Assembly (NCBI GenBank): GCA_963726255.1
Contig: CAVSBL010000003.1
Coordinates: 1-14,100, forward strand
DNA from: Candidatus Bathyarchaeota archaeon
Lineage (GTDB): Archaea; Thermoproteota; Bathyarchaeia; 40CM-2-53-6
Reading direction: 5' to 3'
Length of the DNA: 14,100 nt
In this document: piece by piece, positions 7,232 to 14,100 of the stretch
Layout: each line of letters starts with the position of its first letter
Numbering within the stretch: the first letter of the stretch is position 1
The notes under the pieces: model-generated
The model's input: only the letters and a program-made list of their open reading frames with translations
Told to the model about the DNA's origin: nothing
The model's database searches: none
Program-made: the position numbers and the translations under genes

Positions 7232-8620
7232 TTGTCGAGGGCTCATCCGTACATTCCCAATAGCGACGAATCGATCAAGCGCCAGATGCTTAGCGATATT
7301 GGCGTGGGGGTAATCGAGGATCTCTTCAAGGACATTCCTTCACCCATACGAGCGAAAGCTTTCCTCGCGATACCGTCGAAGCTTTCGGAGATGGAGGTAA
7401 GGCGCCATGTCGAAGCGCTTCTCAACAAGAACCTCTCAACGCGTGATCTCTTGTCTTTTCTTGGAGCGGGTGTCTGGCCCCACCATGTTCCGGCAGCGGT
7501 CGACGCAATTACCAGCCGCGGAGAATTCCTAACCTCCTATACACCTTACCAGCCTGAAATCTCGCAAGGGATGCTTCAGGCCATGTTCGAATATCAGAGC
7601 ATGATCTGCGAGCTAACCTCAATGGACTACGCAAACAGTTCGTTGTACGACTGGTCAACCTCACTAGGAGAAGCGGCCAGAATGGCTTCACGCGTTACTC
7701 ACCGTGACGAGTTCATTGTACCGCATTTCATTCACCCCGAACGCCTCTCAACGTTGCGAACGTTTTGCGAGCCCGCAGATATCAAAGTCGTTGAGGTCGC
7801 ACAAGATAGGCGGACGGGAGCCCTGGATCTTACTGACCTAAAGAGGAAATTGACGGCGCGGACAGCAGCAATTTACGTAGAATATCCTTCGTTTCTGGGG
7901 TTCGTGGAGCAGTCGTGTGAAGAAATAGCCCAACTCACCCACAATGGCGGGGCTCTCTTTGTTGTTGGAAGCGAACCAATCTCGTTAGGCGTTCTGAAAG
8001 CCCCCGGCGAAATAGGGGCGGACATAGTTGTTGGGGAAGGACAGCCGCTGGGCAACCATATGAACTATGGAGGCCCGCTACTGGGCATCTTTGCCTGCAA
8101 AGGCGATGAGCTTCTCCGACAGATGCCGGGTCGAATAATCGGAAAGACAACGACTCAAGATGGCAGACAGGACGCCTATTGTATGGCGTTACAAACGAGA
8201 GAGCAACACATTCGGCGGGAGAAGGCAACCTCAAACATTTGCACAAATGAAGCTCTCTTGGCGCTAGCCGCCGCGAGTTACTTAGCCTTGCTAGGGCCGA
8301 AAGGGATCGAGGAACTTTGCGCGACAATATTGGATCGGACCGGTTACGCCATGAGCCAATTGCGAAAGGTTCGCGGGGTTTCAGCTCCATGTTTTGACGC
8401 GTTTCACTTCATGGAGTTCACAGTGAACTTCGATAAGTCCGGGAAAAGTGTGGCCGAAATAAACCAGTTAATGTTGAACGCAGGGATACAAGGGGGCCTA
8501 GACTTAAGCAGGTATTTCCCAGAACTCGGCCAAACAGCGCTTTACTGCTTTACCGAAGTTCACAGACGCCACGACATTGACCTGCTCGTCGACAAGCTTC
8601 AACAAATCTTGGGGGCTTGA
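7232..8620 (+). CDS. gcvPA: Glycine dehydrogenase (decarboxylating) subunit 1
   Basis: HPYIPN, SFLGAG, EFLTSYTPYQPEISQGMLQAMFEYQSMICELT, GGPLLG, LQTREQHIRREKATSNICTN. Confidence 0.97.
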   Translation: MSRAHPYIPNSDESIKRQMLSDIGVGVIEDLFKDIPSPIRAKAFLAIPSKLSEMEVRRHVEALLNKNLSTRDLLSFLGAGVWPHHVPAAVDAITSRGEFLTSYTPYQPEISQGMLQAMFEYQSMICELTSMDYANSSLYDWSTSLGEAARMASRVTHRDEFIVPHFIHPERLSTLRTFCEPADIKVVEVAQDRRTGALDLTDLKRKLTARTAAIYVEYPSFLGFVEQSCEEIAQLTHNGGALFVVGSEPISLGVLKAPGEIGADIVVGEGQPLGNHMNYGGPLLGIFACKGDELLRQMPGRIIGKTTTQDGRQDAYCMALQTREQHIRREKATSNICTNEALLALAAASYLALLGPKGIEELCATILDRTGYAMSQLRKVRGVSAPCFDAFHFMEFTVNFDKSGKSVAEINQLMLNAGIQGGLDLSRYFPELGQTALYCFTEVHRRHDIDLLVDKLQQILGA

Positions 8621-8625
8621 AATAG

Positions 8626-10134
8626 TTGGTGTATGCTCAAGCGAAATGGGACGAACCGCTTATCATCGAATTATCGCAGCCGGGGAAAATAGGTTTCCAT
8701 CAACTTTCCTCCACTAACGAAGGCGATGCTGCCTTGAGGAGCATCCCATCTAGACTTCGACGCGCCGCTCCTCCAGCGTTGCCGGAAGTTACGGAGATTG
8801 AAGTAATTCGCCACTTTACCCGCCTCTCGCAAGAGAACTTCGGGGTCGACCTCGGCATCTACCCGCTGGGAAGTTGCACAATGAAATACAACCCGAAACT
8901 CTGCGACCTCATAGCTGCTTCACATAAAATACAAGAAATGCACCCCTACCAAGAATCGAGGACCGTTCAGGGGATTCTTCAGATCCTATACGAGGCGACG
9001 AATTTCCTCTCGAACATCGTGGGCATGCAGAAGGTAACATTGCAACCAGCCGCCGGGGCGCACGGTGAATACACGGGTGTAATGCTAATGCGGGCTTACC
9101 ATCGAGACAGGTCTGACATGAAACGTGATGAGATTATCGTTCCAGACTCAGCCCATGGGACGAACCCAGCGAGCGCAGCGATGGCCGGGTACAAAGTCGT
9201 CGAGGTTCCGTCAAATTCACAGGGGTGCGTAGACACGGAGGCGCTGAAGAGCGCGGTCGGGCCGAAAACGGCTGGGCTAATGATCACAAACCCCAACACG
9301 CTCGGTATCTTCGAACGTGATATCCTCGAAATCGCTGGCATAGTCCATGATTCTGGCGGGTTGCTCTATTACGATGGTGCCAACCTAAACGCAATCATGG
9401 GTAAAGCTAAACCGGGCGACATGGGCTTCGATGTCGTTCACATCAACCTGCACAAAACCTTCGCAACCCCGCACGGAGGAGGAGGACCAGGCGCCGGACC
9501 TGTAGGTGTCACAAGCCGCCTCGTGGACTACCTGCCCGTTCCAACCGTGGAATTTGATGGGACGAGATACTATTTGGACTACAATAGGCCGAAGAGTATC
9601 GGACGGGTCAGGGCGTTTTACGGAAGCGCCGCCGTGGTTCTTCGTGCTTACGTCTACGTTCTGCTCCATGGGAAAGAAGGCCTAGAAACAGCTTCTGAGG
9701 TTGCGGTTCTCAACGCCAATTACATGGCCCACAAACTTCGAAGAATCAAGGGCTTTTCGCTTCCTTACGGGGAAGGCGTCCCGAGAAAGCATGAATTCGT
9801 TTTGTCCGCTTCGGGCCTTGCAAAGGAAACAGGCGTTACGGCACTGCAGGTAGGAAAGAGGTTACTAGACTTCGGAGTGCACCCACCAACCGTCTATTTC
9901 CCCATGATCGTAGAAGAGGCAATGATGACGGAGCCTACCGAAACGGTGGCTAAAGAGGAACTTGACGCTATGATAGACGGCTTCGCACGGATTAGCGATG
10001 AGGCCTACTCGAAATCCAGCGAACCCGCAACCAGCCCTCATGCAACGAGTGTAACGAGAATTGACGAAGCGAAGGCCAACAGGCCAAAGTCAATGCAGTT
10101 AACATGGAGAATGAGCAGTTCAGGTCACAAGTAG
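8626..10134 (+). CDS. gcvPB: Glycine dehydrogenase (decarboxylating) subunit 2
   Basis: YPLGSCTMKYNP, LQPAAGAHGE, SAHGTNPASA, YYDGANLNA, and the PLP-lysine motif HINLHKTFATPHGGGGPG. Starts 5 nt after gcvPA. Confidence 0.97.
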   Translation: MVYAQAKWDEPLIIELSQPGKIGFHQLSSTNEGDAALRSIPSRLRRAAPPALPEVTEIEVIRHFTRLSQENFGVDLGIYPLGSCTMKYNPKLCDLIAASHKIQEMHPYQESRTVQGILQILYEATNFLSNIVGMQKVTLQPAAGAHGEYTGVMLMRAYHRDRSDMKRDEIIVPDSAHGTNPASAAMAGYKVVEVPSNSQGCVDTEALKSAVGPKTAGLMITNPNTLGIFERDILEIAGIVHDSGGLLYYDGANLNAIMGKAKPGDMGFDVVHINLHKTFATPHGGGGPGAGPVGVTSRLVDYLPVPTVEFDGTRYYLDYNRPKSIGRVRAFYGSAAVVLRAYVYVLLHGKEGLETASEVAVLNANYMAHKLRRIKGFSLPYGEGVPRKHEFVLSASGLAKETGVTALQVGKRLLDFGVHPPTVYFPMIVEEAMMTEPTETVAKEELDAMIDGFARISDEAYSKSSEPATSPHATSVTRIDEAKANRPKSMQLTWRMSSSGHK

Positions 10135-10168
10135 CCCTCAAACGAAGAATCGTTCTCGTGGGAACTCC

Positions 10169-10453
10169 TTGAAAGTCAAAATCTACTATTTCGCATCGGT
10201 TCGGGAAGTGGTCAACATGCGAGAGGAGAACGTGGACATTCCCCGTGGCACAAATGTACGGAAGCTTCTCGACCTCATCGTGACAAAACATGGCGACAAA
10301 CTGAAGGAATACCTGTTCGATGAGACTGGGAACCCCCGCTCATACCTTCAATTCATTCTGAATGAGAAGTCGATTTCTGAATCGGGCGGATTCTTAACTG
10401 AATTGACGGACGGATGCACATTTGCAATTATACCCCCCGTCGGCGGAGGGTAA
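10169..10453 (+). CDS. MoaD/ThiS-family ubiquitin-like protein (SAMP1-like)
   Basis: MKVKIYYFASVRE...ILNEK...LTDGCTFAIIPPVGGG: beta-grasp pattern with a free C-terminal Gly-Gly. Confidence 0.92.
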   Translation: MKVKIYYFASVREVVNMREENVDIPRGTNVRKLLDLIVTKHGDKLKEYLFDETGNPRSYLQFILNEKSISESGGFLTELTDGCTFAIIPPVGGG

Positions 10454-10809
10454 CTCTCCGTTGAGCCTATCCATCATCAAGCCTAAACTAGGCACCGCTA
10501 TGCCAAACCCTAGCGCAGGAACGAGCAATCTTTCCTGATTCTTGGAGAAATATCGCAAGCGAACTCGTCCGTTAGAGCCTTTCGCCACCGCTAGGATGCT
10601 CAAATCGCACCGGACTGAGACCCGTTTCCAAAAATAGTCCAACGTATCTCCATCACAAATCCCTCAGTCCGTCAGTAGAGGTGAGCTATTGGCTACAGAA
10701 GTTTCCATTCGGAATCTCCTTGACGAATTTGATTTATTCCAAATGGAACCGCAATCAGCGGAAGGCGAACGTCTCAGCCTAAGGTTGGGTATCGATCAGA
10801 TTGAAACGC

Positions 10810-11038
10810 TCACTTGAACTTGTAACTTAGTTTCCGGACTTTATTCATGATAGTTGTGGCGTGTCCTTCTGCCCGGACCTTCCCTGCTTTAATGGCCTCA
10901 AGGATGTCCTTCACATCGCTGGAATCAGCATCAATGACGCTGTAGGCGTCGCCAATTGTCTGTGGGATATGGGAGTCACTCCCTCCGACCTGTGGAAGCT
11001 TGAACCTTCGCGCATTTCTGCGTGCCAACCAATTTGAT
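10810..11038 (-). pseudogene. PHP-domain phosphoesterase, C-terminal fragment (5'-truncated at a junction)
   Basis: SNWLARRNARRFKLPQVGGSDSHIPQTIGDAYSVI...DILEAIKAGK is the PHP GSDxH motif plus the PHP-associated tail. The N-terminal metal-binding HxH part is absent and sat sequence takes its place. Confidence 0.8.
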
Positions 11039-11716
11039 GAAGTCGCCTGGCTTCTTCTTCCCGAGGACGGGATTGACGAATAATCCATCTACAAGCGCTA
11101 GTGCGCTCTTCTGGAGGTATTCGTGATTAATGTGCGGAGCGTTGCGCGTCTGAAAGGCGACGACCGTATTCCAATTTCTCTCCCTGAATAGGAGTCTGGT
11201 TTCCTGGGGCGATAGGGTATGATCCGCGAATTTGCCGTAGTCATTCCTCGCGACAGCCTTTAGTTTTCCAGGCATCGTCCTCGTGGGCCCTTCGTAGACC
11301 TTGGAGACCCCAGGATGCGCTTCATCCTCGGTACCGAACACCTTCATTGCATATTCTTTCTTCGAGATCTCGAAGGTCTCCCCACACTCGATGACGGCTA
11401 CGGGCATCCCTTGTTGATCGGCAAGCAGGGCCTCGTCGCCTGTCGTTAACCGAACCTCCCCTGAGACAGGTAATAGAACTGGGATCGTCCACGGCACGTC
11501 GCTCTCCAGTCGCATCTGGTCAAGCACGCTGAGATAGTCGCTCTCACTCATGAAACCCTCAAGCGGGCTGAACACCCCATTCGCAATATTCGCAACGAGG
11601 TTCCGCATCTCTTTGCCTATGGTGATGGTCTGTTCCTGGGTGAACCCAGCGAAGACTGACAAGTCAGCAGATTGTCTAATCTGTGTGAGTCTTCCACCGT
11701 GCGGTGTGCTGACCAC
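11039..11716 (-). pseudogene. sat: Sulfate adenylyltransferase (ATP sulfurylase), 3'-truncated at a junction
   Basis: PHGGRL, GVFSPLEGFM, WTIPVLL, HPGV, AFQTRNAPHINHEYLQK, LFVNPVLGKKKPGDF, after which similarity ends (no GPREA or GRDHAG). GTG start with archaeal SD AGGTGA. Confidence 0.92.
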
Positions 11717-11727
11717 TATCCGCTCAC

Positions 11728-11952
11728 CTAGAGGTAGCCGAGAGCCTTCAGTCGGTTCTTGATTTCCTCGATGTCGGAGCTTGTGAAGGCTTCAGGAACT
11801 TTGGAGGTCTCGTGCATAGCGACCACTTCCCGCAGGACAAAAGTCACATAGTCTGACACCGACTTGAATCCCGTCTTCCCTGAAATGAGTGCCTCAAGCC
11901 TCGCATGGAGCGTCTGGGGGATGGATACAGTGGTGTACTTGGTTGGCAACAT
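11728..11952 (-). CDS. CopG/ribbon-helix-helix regulator with C-terminal EEIKNRLKALGYL tail (74 aa, start ATG 11952)
   Basis: YTTVSIP (ribbon), QTLHARLEALI (helix), GFKSVSDYVTFVLREVV (helix). The longer ORF start at 12045 reads through the TATA element and is unlikely. Confidence 0.85.
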   Translation of the reverse strand: MLPTKYTTVSIPQTLHARLEALISGKTGFKSVSDYVTFVLREVVAMHETSKVPEAFTSSDIEEIKNRLKALGYL

Positions 11953-11969
11953 CTTTAGGCAAAACCTCC

Positions 11970-11985
11970 AATTATATATAATTAA
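11970..11985 (-). promoter_or_regulatory. TATA box / palindromic operator upstream of the RHH-sat operon
   Basis: Perfect 14-bp palindrome AATTATATATAATT (11970-11983), centred ~24 nt upstream of ATG 11952, consistent with a leaderless archaeal promoter. Confidence 0.65.
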
Positions 11986-12125
11986 CTGAGCTAGTCTCGC
12001 CTCAAGACTTGCATGTTCCATGAAAGCATGGCATGACCTTCCCAACTAGCTGTGACGTTACCTCTACTAACAATCTGTGAAGCCGTCCCTGACACTTAAC
12101 GATTAACTACGCGCTTCAGGCAACC

Positions 12126-12887
12126 ATGGTGATGAACTCGGCGACGGAAGCTGCAGTGTTGTGCGGGGGCCGGGGAGAGCGGCTGAGGCCTCTGACAGAC
12201 TACTTCCAGAAGACGATGATTCCGGTTGGCCCGAAGAAGCTGCCCCTCCTCGTTTACGTAATCAGCCTCCTGGCGCACCACGGAGTGAACAGAATCGCCC
12301 TGCTGACGGGCTATCGCTCTGAGGACATCAGGCGATATTTCGGCGACGGAGCAGCATATGGAGTGAAGTTCACCTACTCGGAGGACGCAAAGGATCAGAG
12401 AGGGGGCCTAAACGCGGTCGCAAACGCCCTGAGTAACGGTGCAATCTCGAAATGCGACGAGCTCCTTGTCTGCAACGGCGACATCCTGGCCGACCTCGAC
12501 ATCTCCAGCCTACTCGCCAAGCACAGGAGCAAAAAGGCGGACGCCACGCTCGTGCTCTCCAAAGGCTACACTCTTCCGGTCGGGACGGCCAGGGTCGGAA
12601 GGGGAGGACTCGTGGCTTCTGTCCACGAGAAGCCGAGCCTGAACCTCAGCGTGACGACGGGTCAAATGGTCCTGGGACCCGCCGCGATTGCCCTGGCGCG
12701 AAGACTCGCGAGCCGAGAGAACACAAACCTGATGACGCATCTTCTGCCTGCCCTGCTAGACAAGGACCTGAAGGTGGCGGCGTACTACACGAAGGAGGCA
12801 TGGTACGACATCGGAACACTATCGAGCCTCGAGAAGATTGACTTGGAAATTGAGAAGCATCCTCTGAGCTTCCACCTCAAGCCTTAG
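12126..12887 (+). CDS. Sugar-phosphate nucleotidyltransferase (NTP_transferase family, no LbH domain)
   Basis: AAVLCGGRGERLRPLTDYFQKTMIPVG, LLTGY, YFGDG, LVCNGDIL, HEKP, WYDIGT. Confidence 0.9.
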   Translation: MVMNSATEAAVLCGGRGERLRPLTDYFQKTMIPVGPKKLPLLVYVISLLAHHGVNRIALLTGYRSEDIRRYFGDGAAYGVKFTYSEDAKDQRGGLNAVANALSNGAISKCDELLVCNGDILADLDISSLLAKHRSKKADATLVLSKGYTLPVGTARVGRGGLVASVHEKPSLNLSVTTGQMVLGPAAIALARRLASRENTNLMTHLLPALLDKDLKVAAYYTKEAWYDIGTLSSLEKIDLEIEKHPLSFHLKP

Positions 12888-12965
12888 GAATGCAAAGCCA
12901 CGCGAGGCGAAGGGGATCTGGGGGGCCGATTGATTCAGGAATTGGGTAGGGGACTTGACGCCTCG

Positions 12966-12985
12966 CTTAATTATATATAACTAAG
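12966..12985 (+). promoter_or_regulatory. Palindromic operator / TATA element upstream of the ABC binding protein
   Basis: CTTAATTATATATAACTAAG, a 20-bp palindrome with one mismatch, followed by a second AT element CTTAATTA (12988-12995) ~25 nt before ATG 13018. Confidence 0.6.
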
Positions 12986-13017
12986 GCTTAATTACCTGTG
13001 ATTACCAAGGTCCACGC

Positions 13018-14067
13018 ATGAGAATCAGTGCGCAGGCGGGCATTGCAGTAGCAGTGCTAGTGTTGCTGGTTGTCGGCGTCTACGCAGCGATGGTTCTGAC
13101 TCGGGGCCCTTCTGCGACAACCACTAGCTCATCAAGCTCATCAAGCTCATCAAGCTCATCAAGCTCATCAAGCTCATCAAGCTCATCAAGCACTAGCACG
13201 ACAAGCAACTCAATCGACGTCGTGAACCTCGGCTACTTCCTCAATGTCAACCACGCGCCTGCGATACTCGGAGTGTCGAGCGGATCCTTCCAGAGTGCGT
13301 TGGGACCTTCGACGACCCTCAAGACTTCCCTCTACACTTCAGGGGGACCGGAGATGCTCGCCCTCCTTGCCGGCAAGTTGGACATGGCGTTCGTTGGCCC
13401 AACCCCCGCCGTCAACGCGTACGTTCAATCCGGTGGGTCAGGAGTCACAATTCTAGCTGGCGTCGCCAGCGGCGGAGCTGTCTTCGTTGTTCGGAACGAC
13501 TCTGGGATAGCCCCAGGTGATGTCAAGGACCTAGTTGGCAAGACATTCGCAGCCCCAGGGCTCGGCAACACTCAGGACATCGCCCTCAGATACTACCTGC
13601 TGTCACAGGGCTATAGCGTGGGTCCCTCGGGCAACGTCGCGATTATTGATGCCACGAATGCGAACATTGTTACCCTGTTCGCCGAGGGCAAGATTGACGG
13701 TGCATGGGTACCAGAACCGTACGGCGAAACCCTCATGCAGCAGTTTGGCGGAAAGCTGTTTCTGGACGAAAGAAGTCTATTCCCTCCTGGCGGCAACTTC
13801 TCGACGGCCGAGCTGGTAGTCAGAACCCAGTTCCTCGACCTGCACCCGGATGTCGTCAGAGACATAGTCTCCGCTGATGTCAACGAGACGATCTGGATCA
13901 ACAATCACCTCTCGCAGGCCGAGACCGACCTGAACGATACGATGGTCGCCAAGACCGGGCAGGGATACAGTCAGAGCATCCTGAACGCGGCGTTTGCCAG
14001 ACTCTCCTTCACTTTCGACCCGCTCGAGTCATCTGTGCTCTTGCAGGCACTCCACGCATACGACTAA
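13018..14067 (+). CDS. ABC transporter substrate-binding protein, SsuA/TauA (sulfonate/nitrate) family, probably 3'-truncated
   Basis: N-terminal TM anchor, Ser/Thr linker, LGYFLNVNHAPA, GGPEMLALLAGKLDMAFVGPTPA, PGLGNTQDIALR, IDGAWVPEPY. Confidence 0.88.
   Translation: MRISAQAGIAVAVLVLLVVGVYAAMVLTRGPSATTTSSSSSSSSSSSSSSSSSSSSSSTSTTSNSIDVVNLGYFLNVNHAPAILGVSSGSFQSALGPSTTLKTSLYTSGGPEMLALLAGKLDMAFVGPTPAVNAYVQSGGSGVTILAGVASGGAVFVVRNDSGIAPGDVKDLVGKTFAAPGLGNTQDIALRYYLLSQGYSVGPSGNVAIIDATNANIVTLFAEGKIDGAWVPEPYGETLMQQFGGKLFLDERSLFPPGGNFSTAELVVRTQFLDLHPDVVRDIVSADVNETIWINNHLSQAETDLNDTMVAKTGQGYSQSILNAAFARLSFTFDPLESSVLLQALHAYD
13126..13191 (+). repeat. Perfect 9-bp tandem repeat (AGCTCATCA)x7 + AGC encoding 22 serines
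   Basis: Counted directly in the sequence. It is in frame within the binding-protein linker. Confidence 0.97.
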
Positions 14068-14100
14068 CAATACGTCAACGAGTACGTCAGACATACACGG

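Noticed and set aside
1825-10291. Many 60-150 aa antisense or alternate-frame ORFs inside PINA, the ribophorin-like gene and gcvP
   Set aside because: Shadow ORFs fully overlapping well-supported genes, with no motifs.
10394-10642. 82-aa minus-strand ORF in the MoaD-PHP gap
   Set aside because: Overlaps the MoaD 3' end by 60 nt and has no recognisable domain; it cannot be supported, though it is not excluded.
11120-11155. Sat motif HINH instead of HRAH/HLGH as a sign of altered function
   Set aside because: The catalytic QTRN and HxxH residues are retained; the variation is within the plausible range.
12011-12036. Four CATG tetramers in ~25 bp as tandem operator boxes
   Set aside because: Irregular spacing, and not repeated at the other sulfur promoter.
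13126-13191. Tandem repeat as a CRISPR array
   Set aside because: 9-bp head-to-tail units with no spacers, in frame within a CDS. No CRISPR, cas, tRNA, rRNA or transposase was seen anywhere in the window.

Overview
The window is a mosaic of at least three unrelated segments joined inside genes. (A) 1-~987 is bacterial and Dehalococcoidia-like by inference: the 3' part of rplL, a ~25-bp hairpin, a frameshifted TIGR04076-type Cys protein and an orphan sigma70 promoter. (B) ~988-~11038 is archaeal, TACK/Bathyarchaeia-like by inference: a truncated Nudix hydrolase, a PINA-type PIN-ATPase-KH protein, an unknown coiled-coil protein, a ribophorin I (RPN1/Ost1)-like membrane protein, a hexapeptide N-acyltransferase, gcvPA-gcvPB, a MoaD/SAMP ubiquitin-like protein and the 3' end of a PHP phosphoesterase. 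(C) ~11039-~14064 is a GC-richer archaeal sulfur locus: truncated sat, a ribbon-helix-helix regulator ending in RLKALGYL, an NTP-transferase and an SsuA-like binding protein with a poly-Ser linker that also appears cut off. The best leads are the archaeal ribophorin I homolog next to a sugar N-acyltransferase, and a candidate RHH-controlled sulfur regulon marked by a shared TTAATTATATATAA palindrome. The mid-gene joins look most like contig concatenation or mis-assembly. All family calls come from motif recognition by eye, not from database searches.
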